Positions 51,901 to 64,000 of a DNA stretch of 64,000 nt are shown here, one piece after another. The DNA comes from Lytechinus pictus. Taxonomy: Eukaryota. Made by a program: the position numbers and the translations under genes. Every line of letters starts with the position of its first letter. Position 1 is the first letter of the stretch. The notes under the pieces were generated by a model, which worked only from the letters and a program-made list of their open reading frames with translations, did not search any database and was not told where the DNA came from. The stretch covers positions 13,084,001-13,148,000 of the forward strand of contig NC_087263.1 in assembly GCF_037042905.1 (NCBI RefSeq), written 5' to 3'.

Positions 51901-54299
51901 TAAGCTAGCGCTGCACGCTTGCATTTTGATTGGCGAGTTATGTATGTCTCAATATTGATTATACAACAAACTACTTGAAATCCCCTTTTCATGACAGTTT
52001 ATCAAAAAAATTGGCTCACGGTTTGCGTTCGCATTAATGATTAAATATATTAACTTGATGCATCATATTTATAGTTACAAAGGTGCTTGAAATGTCCAGA
52101 TTTCAGGCCATAATATCATCAGATTTCGCGCCCTCATTATGCATTCATGAATATTTAAGATATTTCGGGTGATTTCATGCAACGGTCTAGAGTGGGCCAT
52201 AATGTGCCTGCACTGTACATCTATAGGTCCTTGGTTGAAGTCAACGATCCTATATAACGACCCCTTGAACCTGAATTGGGTCAATTACGCCGTCTAGCAC
52301 GTTTTGAGAACAATGGATGAAGGTGTGAAAATCACAAAGCAGCTAACAATAGGAAAAATCCGTTTCAATTGAAGTTATGCTATAGATTGCGTATAGCGGT
52401 TTGAATGTGAAACCCTGAACATGCTGAATGCCTCATTGTCTGTATGTTACTACTGTGTACTAGTAGGTCCATGGTTATAGACTCTATTATAGTTGCGTGC
52501 ATGTCTTCTCCAAGCCGATTCATAGCTTGTCGGTGTCTTTAATGCACGTAAAATACAAATATACATGTAACTCTAGGTCCCATTATAGGGCATTTTTAAC
52601 GGAATCGCCGATGAGATAATTTTGACAAAACAAAAATGAATCACACTAATTATGCAGCAGCTTTGTTTCTAAACATTACACGATCAAAGAAAAGACACGG
52701 GATGATATTTATTAAATTTGTTAAAGGCGGCTGGTCTTTATGATAAAAACATAGGTCTATTTTATCTTTAAGACATGAGAAAACAAATAAATCAATTATA
52801 TAATTAATGTGTGTGTTTTACTTTTTACAAACGTGTATCAATCGAACATGCTGACTACATGAAGAGTGTTGAGGTCCATTACATGATTTATTGGTATTTA
52901 CACCGAGTTCTCAAATAATGGTACAAGATTTTAGAAAAGAAGTTTTGAGTGTCATCTCGTGTACATCAAATCTTAGCAAATGTTAAAAAGTTTCTGAAAT
53001 GTCAATACTGTGAAAGTATATGCACTTCATTAAACGTGGACATCAGCAGGGTGGTCTCCATTAAAAGGATTTTTTTTTTTGCCCTGTCGATGTGTACCTC
53101 TCGATGTACGGAGGCGATCGGAGCTGCACCCCTTCCCTATTGTCAGTGAGAAAGGAAGAAAGTGATTACTCGAGATGGAGGGAGAAAAAGAGGAAGAGGA
53201 TCTGTAATGGGAGGAAGAAACATAATAGAACGGTAGGGCCGGAAGGAGAGGTTGGCCATATAAAATTATGAAAACATTCAGGTCACTGTATCAAAATCAA
53301 GTTCAAGTTTATTTATTCAAAGTTTAAAAACAAACATCACATTATAATAAAAATAAATATAGGCATGCAATGCGATGTAAATGACTACAGTAAAAGTATG
53401 ATATTGTTTTAATGAAATGTACTCTGGCTTCTCTTTTTTTTTCTCTGTTCATTTTCCTGATCACTTCAATCTTATGTAAATATTGGCCTAGTATATATTA
53501 TCAATTACCATTGATGTGTAATTTATGGCGAACATTTGATGTAAAGGATTTGTATGTGATAATTTATTTATAAAACATAAATAAGCATAGACAAATCGGT
53601 TCAAGGCCCACTGCTGCTGGTTCGTGATGTCATTCTATTGAAGGGGGGGGGGTCACATCCCTTGAACAATAGATTCACAACGTAATTAAATCGACTCCCA
53701 TCGACCCCTTTAAAAGCGAGAGCGGGGGCCTGGATTACATAACACTATTAATAACATAAAATACAGGATATAGATGCTAATCTACAAAATCCCCAAAAGA
53801 GAGAAGAGAATTGATATAAGGTTAAGAATTCAGACTATAGAACGGAATACCATTTACAAACACAAAATAAGCTATGCACAAAAACGTCCACCCGTATGCA
53901 ATACTTTAATGAGGGTCTTCATCCATGACATGCAAAAAGTACAAAATTTCACTTCGTGTACTTCCCTTTATTTTGTGGGTACCATTTTAATCCTTTGCCC
54001 CAGTGATTAATGATTACAGTGATTAATTTTATTATGTCACAATAAACCTAATTATGACAGTTTATGCACTCCCAAGAAATAGTGTTTACGGGCCGGTCTA
54101 TCGTCTACACACAGACCACACAGACTTCGCACAGTTCGGTCAAGGCGGTACGCGTATCATTAAAGGAGAACTATATTGATTATGAATGTGGTCTTATTAT
54201 ATGTCAATGGAAAGGTAACGATGTGGGGATTATCAGTGGGTCATTCAAAAATAACGAAAATAATACATAAGGTGAAAATCGCCGATTAAAAAACGCTCA

Positions 54300-54651
54300 A
54301 AATGCCTCTCCGAAATATGCCTCGCATCGGTCTCTGCATAACATGCAGGTCCCCCAAGTCCATCTACCATCCAAGTTTGGTTGAAAAGCGACTTACGGTT
54401 GCGGAGTTAGGTGTCATAAGAGAGTCTTGCATGTAAACTTTAACGTTGACCTGAAAATGACCTTTGACCTTACCATGTGACCTCCGACTGCAGCATAACA
54501 TGCAGGTCCCCCAAGTCCATCTACCATCCAAGTTTGGTTGAAAATCGACTTACGGTTGTGGAGTTATGTGTCATTAGATTTGTGACGGACGGACGACGGA
54601 CGACATTTGGATCCCCAAGTCTCGCCTTCACCTCCGGTGGGCGAGACAAAA
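54300..54651 (+). mobile_element. Helentron/DINE-1-like non-autonomous element, 3' part
   Basis: ~156-bp internal tandem duplication, (GGAC)n tract, and terminal hairpin gtctcgcc...ggcgagac followed by an A-run. Confidence 0.55.
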
Positions 54652-54878
54652 ATTGGGGGCATGAACCCATGTATCTAAAAGCAAGTATCTAAAAATTTGG
54701 GCCATGCATGTTTAGGGATTTTCCAGCATAAAACCATACCCCATGTTTAGAGATTTCCCGGAGATTTCTTCCAAAAGAGCGACCCATTTCAGCGGCACAT
54801 CCCCGTATACCTTATTTCGTAAGTCCCCCCCCCCCCTCCCCTGGCTCTAATTGTATTCAAAATTTTCTGAACTCTTAA

Positions 54879-55475
54879 AGGGGAATTCAACCCAAATAAA
54901 AACTTGTTTTTATAAGGAAAAGAAAAATCAGACAAGTTGATAGGTGAAAGTTTGAACAATATTGGACAAACAACAAGAAAGTTATGAATTTTTAAAAGTT
55001 GTAAATATTGGTAATCACTATACCCATGGAGACTTCAAATTGGCCGCATATGGGAAGTCATAGTGATGTAAGGCAAGGACTACTCTTCCATGTACTCCAA
55101 TACATATTATGGCTAAAATGTCATTTTTCCTTAAAGTTTTATTTCAAATTATATTTTTCTTTCATGAGTACATAAAACAATATACTACCTGGGTTATATT
55201 TAGATTACTGCCCCAGGGGAATGGGTACTTAAAAGAAAACCACAAATCCCTGATAATAAAGTACATGGCCTATGGGAAAGTTGTCCTTGCCCCTTGTTAT
55301 ATAATTTACTTACCCAGTTGCCAATTTGAAATCTACATAGTATTAGTGATCTCAATTTTAAAGCAGGTATAACTTTCTTATAGCTTGTCCGATTTCTTTC
55401 AAACTTTCTTCATTCTGTTTAATCTATTTTTCTCCTTCCCAACACAACATTTTATGGCCGAGGCTGGATTCCCCT
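54879..55475. mobile_element. Kolobok-like non-autonomous element
   Basis: TTAA TSD (54875-54878, 55476-55479) and TIRs aggggaattcaacc / ggctggattcccct. Confidence 0.85.
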
Positions 55476-58209
55476 TTAAGATATTTGACTTGCACGTAAT
55501 TAATTTCCTCGTAATTTTTCTCTTATGGCTCGACTGTATTGATCTTTTATTTTCACTTTGCCGATACCATAATAAGACTCGTGAAACGAAAATGTGTAGA
55601 TTATCTATTATCTAAAAGTCGGATCCGACTTGAAGAGAAGCGATTATCACATAAAGGGTCGTAATCAGTCATGTGTTCATTGGAGTCAGGAAAATAGGGG
55701 GTGAGATTTGACGTAAGTGGGAGAAGTAGGTTGATGGAAAAAGGGTCAACAGAACATTTTAGCCCCCCTCCCTCTCTCTCTCGCCCTCCCCTTCTGTTGA
55801 GTGACTGATTTTTATTGTCATGTACGCGTGAAGTCCAGAGCAGAATGTTAATTTAATTAATGATAATTAATTAATGATAATTGGGGCATCAACTTTTCCT
55901 ATCAATCAACAATTTATCAATAAATCAACTATTTCAATGGGCAATGTAATCAATCAAACATTCAGTTTTTCAATAAAGTATTTCATAAATTATAATCAAG
56001 TCAATTTCTTGGTAATCATTCAATAAAAAGAAAAAAAAATGACTATCAGCCACTGGTCACTTCAGTGGCAAATAAGTTTTGAATAGGCTACCATCCAGGA
56101 AGTGAGAGGGGTCTGGGAAATTGAGGGGGGTGGAGATACATAAGAATTTTATTTGTAAAATGACAAAAAGATGATGAATGCCCTTTCAACCAAGTCTTAC
56201 CATATCTCGCCCTCTCGCTTGTAACAGGTACCATCACATTACTCCGACTCACAAAACACACTGCTTAGGTCTACAAGATGAATAGGCTACACTAAATTTA
56301 CAATTCCTGTTCACTCAACCATCATTCTTACAAGATTCAAAAATCATATTTGTTGGGGAAAATCCAGCATAAGTGTTACCTTCCCCTTAAAAATCCCAAA
56401 CTTAGGATTTTTTTTAAGAAGTCACCATGCAATCAAATTTTGCCTCATTGTGATGTCAACCATACGATAAATAGACATAAGGAGAAAAATTCGTCCATAA
56501 TTGACATCGTATACCATTATGTTACCTGGTTATTGATCATTCGTTCTCTGTATATGAGGTTCATGGGTCGAATCTCGAACCAACTAAAGAGAGTTGCAGC
56601 TCCGTAATTAGCTTGAAGTAGAAGTTCGCCTTGGTGAGAAACACTCATGAAACTGTTCAGTCTAGGACCTACCTTTAATTTTCAAATGAAATTCAATCTC
56701 GACAAGCATGCCCCTTCCCCCACTGTCATGCCATCACAATCGCCATAATCATAATCATTGTAATCATCAAAACTAGGATTATTATCATAATTAATCTCAG
56801 CACCTTCATCACTGTCATTATCACCGTCATCATCATAAAACATTAATAAATCATCACCGCGGGCGGCGGAGCAGAGGATATATCCTTTGTTCATAGGGTG
56901 CATCATTATTGTCCCCCACAGCAAAATATTATCCTCTGATCATCACTATATTGCTACCATAATCATCAATCTTGTCGTAATAAATGTTCTCATGATCAAT
57001 TACGATCATTATTACCATCACCATTATAACAACATTATAATTATTATTATCACCATTCTTGTCATTGCCATCATCGTTGGGATTACAATCATAATCATCA
57101 CCATTATCATAATCAGCCATCATTACCTTTCTTTTCGATGTCATCATCACGATCATAATGTCTTTTTTTATTCACACATCATTATGTTTATAGATTAAAA
57201 AACAAAAAAATGTTATTATCGTCATCATCATTACCACCGCTTTCATCCTCATCCTCCTTATCCTTCTTCATTATCACCAACATCATTATTACCATCACCA
57301 TTATATCATCCTCGATCATCATTCCGTTTTCACAAACGCTGACTACTTGTAGTAGTTCCGTCATTGGACAATGTGGTTTGGGAGGATTCATTGGGGTCAA
57401 GAAAGCACAATTAGAGATTATCAGAGATCGTTGCGTAACTTCAGTTGAAACGGATTCTTCCTATTGTTAGTTGTTAATTGTAATTTTCACACCTTCTTTG
57501 TTCGCAACACGTGCTAGACGGTGTAGTTAATCGAACCCATTCAAGTCGCTCCGGGGCATTCACTTCAAAGCTTCAAAGGGACTTTAAGAGTTATCTTTCC
57601 TAAAAACGAAGTAAATCAAGTGCATTGGGGTCTTGAGAATAATTTAAACAAATTCTTGACCACTACGAACTACTCAAAGAACGAATAACAAAGGAGATTA
57701 AGAACTGAACATGACTGGGAAATGGGAATGGATGAGGATTTCAATAAGTTGTATGCATAAATACGAATGCTAGTACCCATGAGCATTGGAGGATGCAGGC
57801 GGGGGGGGGGGGCACAGTCGGTCCATGCCCCCTTTTGAGAAGCAAAATAAAAATTTGTAATGTAAAAATGCAAGTCAATCTTCATCATTTCATAATTTCA
57901 AATCAATACTCGTTTCTTCATCATTTTGAGTTATTTTAAGAAATATACAAGTAATTTGCTCAGCCATTTCATGATATTAAGAGAAGTCATAACAAATATT
58001 GAATAATGAACATTGCTTTATCCAAGTTTCCATCCTCATGATTTTGCGTTCCTAATGCCTCGGTCATATTTGCTCTACGGCGGCCGTACGGTGAGTCGGA
58101 AACACCTGTTTTATCCATTTTTATTCAGACCACGTGTTTGTAGCTATTACAAAAAAAATGTTAAAACGGTTGTTTTTTACTCGCCGCACGGCCGTCATAG
58201 AGCAAAAAT

Positions 58210-58878
58210 AGTGGGTTTTCGCCCAGCGTCGTACGACGCTATCTACGACGTAGAACGATCTCTTTGTTCGTGCGTCCGTCGCGCTCAACTCTCGCTTGTA
58301 AGCAGTTTCGCAAATCGCTGAACGCGGCCGGATCGACCGGCTGGCATGGTTGGCATGTAATGTTGACACGCCAACATGTGCATTGTATATGTTCCTACTA
58401 TGTGCACACAACTGGCAGTGCCATGTGTCTTGCAGTCGCGTCGTCGACCGAGCCATGCAACGGCTTTTCAATCATATTTCAATAATCATACTCGTTTAAA
58501 CTTCTACTGTAACATTTTGAAATTATACTTAGCTTGATTTTAGTATAATTGAAATGGTACTCACCGAAAAACTCGCATTCGAGTCCATGTTTTGAAGCTT
58601 TCAGCTATCAGTGTAGTCAGAGTAGAGTACAACATGTGCATGCACGCGATGGGCGAATGTGTTTACATCGATCGGCTCAGCTTGCTCGCTCTACAAGCGA
58701 TCTGATTGGCTGTTGACGGCTGTTGACAAATCCTACGTTCTAATGCGGACGCCCGCTAATTTGCGGAAGAACCGTCCGTGATTTGAGCTCAAGAACGCTC
58801 GGGCCTCTGTTTCCATGAAAGTTGGCGATTTTTGCACACGTACGTTCTACGTCGTACGACGCTGGGCGAAAACCCACT
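58210..58878. mobile_element. 669-bp TIR element with AAT TSD, inserted in the right TIR of a MITE
   Basis: Perfect ~29-bp TIR agtgggttttcgcccagcgtcgtacgacg, with AAT at 58207-58209 and 58879-58881. Confidence 0.88.
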
Positions 58879-59547
58879 AATGACCGAGGTAAGGTCAGGG
58901 AATGTTGCAGGAGTTCACCCCCCCCCCCTCCACTTAGATTTTAAAAAAAATTGCTTGTAATTTTTTTGTTATGAAAAGACCTAATGGGGGGGGGGGAGTG
59001 AAAACCTCTGTCAAATTTTCATTGAACTCGAACTCTACCTTTCAAAAATTCTGCGTACGCTACTGCAAAAGCTAGAGCTATTGGAGCTATACGTAGCGTA
59101 AAGATAATTTTGTTTCATAGCGGCAAAGCTCTGCCTCAAGTACCTTGTATTGTGTATGCTTGCGCGCACATGGTATCTATTAAACTGATATTAAGCGTGC
59201 GGTTATACCGCAAGAACGATACTGAGTCGTGACTAAACTTTTCTGAGGACTAATTTGGAGGAATCACGTACAAGTGACAATGCGGCCGTATTTGTCAGCG
59301 CTTTTGGAATTATTATAGGCACGGTTGTAGTCACATCTTCAGGAGCGAACAGAGCTCTGCAAGCTGATTCAGTGGGTCCAGCGCCTGTAGACGTTGTGCG
59401 CGGTCGCCGCGGTTGATCGAACGCTTTGACGGATCGCATTTTACTTCCGCTGGTAGCCAAAACAAAATTTATTTCCCTTTCCATCTTTGTCAGGAATTTA
59501 CGGGAATTATATACATATTTTTGGAAGCTCACATCATCAGGTACTAA

Positions 59548-59708
59548 TACCTTGGTCACATTTGCTCTAGGGCGGCCGTACGGCGAGTCGAATGCAGCCG
59601 TTTCATTCATTTTTATACAAACCACATTATGTAGCTCGTACATAAAATGTTAAAACGGCTGTTATTGACTCGCCGTACGGCCGCCGTATAGCAAATGTGA
59701 CGAAGGTG
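59548..59708. mobile_element. Palindromic MITE with TAA TSD
   Basis: Same family as 43274..43437. TAA at 59545-59547 and 59709-59711. Confidence 0.85.
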
Positions 59709-60115
59709 TAAGCATGAATAAGCGATTCGCCGGAGCAAAATTTTTGCGTCCAGGTTCTTGTCCCTTTGAATACTTGTCACGCTTTCCAACCAATTAATTA
59801 CGGCACACATCGTCATTCATTATACTAGTAGTTGCACCCTCACAACATTTCACGGCAAACAATTGAGGTAAGGAACTTCTCTACACGCGCCAATAAATTC
59901 CTCTAGGCTTGCCAGCCCAATGCCCGGGAACAATAGAAGTGCCAGAACGCGACTGCACGGGCTCGTTATGTCACTCCGCGATGATCGCAAGGGTGCTCTA
60001 TTGATATGCAAATTCAACCTCATTAACTTCGTGGCGTGCAAGCCCGTGCATGAAAAGTAATGAGGGCGTGCAAACGCGTTTGCACACCCCTCCCGGATAT
60101 TGACGTCCCGCCTAA

Positions 60116-60384
60116 GTAAAAATGATCTCCCCACAATATTTTCAAATATGTTTTGTAAAAACTCCTCCATACATGATTACCCAACGAGACAACGTAATTG
60201 TTATCATCTACCCCCAACCCGTACTCTTTTAGCAAAAAACTCTTTCGTCTTTTTTGGACCAGTGTATTGGAATTCACTGCCCAATGACTTTAAAGAATCA
60301 CCAAGCATCAATATTTTCAAGCGCAAACTTAAAAAGATGCTAATTTGTCAATACTCCACACCAACAAGTCTAGCTAATATATAA
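60116..60384 (+). pseudogene. LINE ORF2, C-terminal part
   Basis: KNDLPTIF...HDYPTRQ...SFVFFGPVYWNSLP...FKRKLK, a typical L2-group C-terminus. Confidence 0.9.
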
Positions 60385-61938
60385 TTGTAACTAAACGTAT
60401 TTACAACTAGCATTTAATTATCAACAAATTTGTCTAATATTATATATTATAAATAATGTCACTAGTGTTCTATGACCTGTGCACCTGTCATGTTCCTCTT
60501 TTCATTTTCAGTTTTACTTGCATCACCCTTTTCTCCTCTCTCTTTCCTTTGCCTCCCTTTTCCACTCTTATAATTTATATTAAAAAATTTATCATTATTA
60601 TCGTTATCATTCCTATTATTCAAATTACTTTCCACTTTTTGTTGTCGCTTATACGCTCTATTTTGGTATTTTGTAGATTATGTATTTTAATTTCGTTTTC
60701 CACCCGTCTCTTGTATATAGGTTATGTTAATTAGTATTGAAACTATGTTTAGGGACTTGCCTTCTTTACAAGCTCTGCTTTTCTTGGCAAGTCCCTCCGT
60801 TCAGATAATTTTATATTCAATATCTGTTATGAAATGTTATACAGCTGTATGTATTATTTTGAGTATGTATTATTTTGAACATGTATTTACACTGTACTTG
60901 GATTATATCTTTTGTTTGAACGGAAATAAATAAATAAATAAATAAAAAATAAAAAATAAATAGATTTCTTTTATACCAAATTTTATGTTCTCATGGTAGG
61001 GTATCGTGAAAATTTAGTTTCGCATAAGAATATTGCAATAAGTGAGAATAAAAAACATGGTTTTTATCGGAATGGTAAAAAGTGGAGCTAACCCCTTTTG
61101 CAACCAAACTCTTCATTTATTGATTGTTCTGGGTGGTGTGTTCATGAGATTCTCTTGATCTACAACAAGAATATGACTAATCACAATGGGGACACAAAAT
61201 ATTGTTTTTGTATAGGATCATTCAACTGATTTTTTTCATTAATGCCGACACTCTCTCAATCCATCATATTACTGCCCAACGTGACACAAGAATTACTGGT
61301 TAATCAGGGTACCGTAACACAAACGTTAGCGATTGATCGCTAATTTGAAAGAATACTTCTGATTGGTTCCTAGTTAATCTACTAAACAGAATGTGCACGC
61401 AACGATGATCTTGATAGGCCGCCACCATCGACACCGTTAATGTCATCCTCATCATCATCGCTGAAATTGTCATTACCATCACATTCACCAAAAGTATTGT
61501 CATTCATCACCAACATTAGATAATCATATTATCATCAACCCCACTTGCACAATTACCACTATCACAAGCAGGGGCGGATCCAGGATTTTCCAAAAGGGGG
61601 GGGGGGCAAATTTTTTCGGAGGATATTTCGTCCGTGAAAAAATTTGACCAAAAAAAGGCCTTCAACCACAAATGAAGGATATTTTGTACCCGAAAAAAAA
61701 TTGACAAGCAAAAAAAAAATCACAAGCATTATTACCATAACCATCATCACCATCACCACCAAGACAATCATCGGAGGATATTTCGTCCGTGAACAAATTT
61801 GACCAAAAAAAGGTCTTCAACCACAAATGAAGGATATTTTGTACCCAAAAAAAAATCACCATCACCACCAAGACAATCATCATTATCAACAACATTCTTA
61901 TTGTATCTCCTCCTCTTCATCCTAGGTCAACACTTTAC

Positions 61939-62167
61939 CGTTGTTAGCCAGTGGAGTCGTCTTCCTCATCGGCAATTTCATCTTCTGCTTTAGTCTCTGT
62001 ATCCTGTCAATGTGGGAGCTCTCGAGGAGCTTCATGTTCGGCAGACCGGACTTGGTCCCCGACAAGAAAATCAAGATGGACCCCAAGACTGCCGCCGTGC
62101 CGAGGACGAACACCACGCGCCGTAGGTGCCAAATCCTCATCATTGCTGAGCCCAATCTAACTCCCAT
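61939..62167 (-). CDS. Sialidase coding exon 1 with N-terminal signal anchor (start at 62167 or 62143)
   Basis: MMRIWHLRRVVFVLGTAAVLGSILIFLSG. gtaaag donor in phase 1 matches exon 2. A probable acceptor at ~62221 implies an upstream UTR exon. Confidence 0.75.
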
Positions 62168-64000
62168 TAATTGATGCAGTCTTCTATTAAGAAAGTTCTT
62201 TGTGCCTTTCAGCAGTAGATCTAGTGCAGTTGGAAAAAAATTGAAAAATAAACATCAAGTGAGGAAGTTGACAATTTCATATTAGTTTTAGAGAATTACA
62301 TTTTTTTTTTCATCATGAGCACACCCACCCTAGGTCTAGATAGAGTGGCTACCACCAGGGTTGGCACGTTTTAAACGGTGTGTTTTAAAACATGTTTTAA
62401 AACGCGTTTTAAAACACCCGTTTTTTTTTTTTTTTTTTTACGTGTTTTAAAGCACAGCATAGGCTTGTGTGTTGTAAATTTGCATGGATGTGATTTCAGA
62501 TGAATGTTTTGTTTTTCATACAATTTTATTTCTGAAGTGGTGAAATATTTTCTTCGAATTAAAACTCTTTCTCAACACAACTCTTTTTCTCCTCTTTCTC
62601 TTTCCCCCTTTATTCTCCCTTTCTCCATCTCTTTGTCATGACCTTTTCTTCCCAGTTCAATCGTGCACATCAATGCATTATGATTAAGAATATTCTCATT
62701 TCAACGAACGTGTTGTGTTGTGCTCACTTTTTGGACAGAGAACGAAACACTATATTATTTTTTAAGCTCAAATACATATTAGTACTTGGATGAAATGGAA
62801 GTGTTGCACAAGCATAATAATAGGAGTGGGCTATACCTGGTTTAAAAATACTTTTTTTGTAATTTCAATATGACAACAGTTTTTTTTTATTCCTTGTAAT
62901 GTATCTCAACATGAAATGACAATATTTTTTGTCTCGGGTCCGAGAAAAAAGTGTGCCGGGCCAAAATCCAAAATGGCCGCAAAAACCCCCCAAAATCACA
63001 GTTTTGGCCACAACTTTTTTATTTGGTGGTCAATTTCTCTGGTTTTGGTGTCTATTCATATGTTTTGGGGGGCAGGCAATTTGTTTTTCCTATAATTAGT
63101 ACTTTTAAACCATTATTTGTAGAGTTAAAAGGTAATTATACCTAAATTTTCCCATTTTTGTAGCCTTTTTTCAGCCAAAAAGTAGGTTTTATCATCCTGG
63201 GGTTCTGGGATATTAGATGGTACGAGGTCAACAATAGCAAGCAGCTTCATATAGCTATATTGCTTTTATTCCTCCACTTTGGGTTTTACGGATATTTGTG
63301 AAATATATCTTGTTTAATAAAAAAATGTCAATTATCCATTGGGGCTATACAGTATACATATGTACAATGTACTGTACATATACATACATGTACTGCACTG
63401 CATAAATGCATTGGCTACCATGACAGATAACAAGGCTTGTATAAACTATAGTGTCATAGAAATGAGCTCTCAGGTTTAGAATTAGATGCCTCAGAAATTG
63501 AAGATATGTTTTGTCTCAGAAATTGAGGACATGTTTTGTCAAATATGCTAATTCAGGGGGCGGAGAGGGGTAATTTACACTGTAGCTATTCTGGGCCCCG
63601 TTGCATAAAAATTTACCATTATGTTAGCTTAACTGGTAACTTGCATGCAATCCTTTTTTCTGATTGGCTGTTGATCAGCTTACCATGATACTAGTAGTTA
63701 CCTGACCCCATAAACATAGGCCAGTTAGACACCAGAACCAGGTAAAAAAAAAGCCTCCAAATGAAGAAGATATGGCTAAAAATGTGATGTACGTATATAT
63801 GTGATATTTACACGTAGGTGTAATTTACGTTGCTGGTTTCACCATGTACATCAGCTGACAAGGAATCAAATTCACTATCTATTTCTAAACCTTTGAAGCT
63901 CATTTCTATGACACTATAATTTATATACAGGCCTTGTCATATGCCATGGTGGTCAATGCATGGATATATGCAGTGTAGTATGTACAGTGCATTGTACACC

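Larger units (their letters stand above)
52288..57523. mobile_element. 5.2-kb element with ~95-bp diverged TIRs and TA flanks
   Basis: cgccgtctagcacg...gaaggtgtgaaaat...ctaacaataggaaaaatccgtttcaattgaagtta at 52288-52380 is the reverse complement of 57433-57523. TA on both sides. Confidence 0.75.
49237..60112. mobile_element. 10.9-kb composite DNA transposon with short TIRs and TAA TSD (PIF/Harbinger- or Zator-like)
   Basis: Ends ggcgaggcgtcaa / ttgacgtcccgcc, with TAA at 49234-49236 and 60113-60115. Removal restores the LINE frame FMYKL-SKNDLP. Confidence 0.88.
45552..60958 (+). mobile_element. L2-group (CR1/L2/Crack-like) LINE interrupted by a 10.9-kb insertion
   Basis: EN-RT ORF 46371..49236 resumes at 60116..60384. 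(TAAA)n tail at 60924-60960. Possible short TSD aatag (45547-45551, 60959-60963); the 5' boundary is uncertain. Confidence 0.88.
44683..61114. mobile_element. Sola-like non-autonomous DNA transposon (~1 kb of its own sequence) split by nested insertions
   Basis: TIRs gaagagctcacttgcaaaaggggttaggtcca / tggagctaaccccttttgcaaccaaactcttc. 4-bp TSD ATTT at 44679-44682 and 61115-61118. The superfamily is inferred from the AWWT TSD. Confidence 0.75.

Overview
AT-rich, intron-containing eukaryotic DNA. An echinoderm such as a sea urchin is inferred from the repeat families and gene content, but not verified. There are three host genes: (1) the last three exons of a trypsin-type S1 serine protease (+, 740..3055); (2) an intronless 498-aa type I membrane protein with two Ig-like domains and a Tyr-motif tail (-, 22079..23575); (3) a complete 10-coding-exon GH33 sialidase with an N-terminal signal anchor (-, 33999..62167, ~528 aa), reconstructed by splice phase. 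Most of the remaining sequence is transposon-derived. A G-rich minisatellite right after the protease gene carries two divergent Tx1/L1-type retrotransposons, inserted in the same orientation at nearly the same position of the 35-bp unit. The 18-kb first coding intron of the sialidase holds a five-level nest: Sola-like DNA element > L2-group LINE > 10.9-kb TAA-TSD element with mirror-image ends > 5.2-kb TA-flanked element and MITEs > Kolobok- and Harbinger-like MITEs. tRNA-derived SINEs, a piggyBac-like MITE, a ~180-bp satellite and microsatellites are also present. All assignments were made by eye; no database searches were run.
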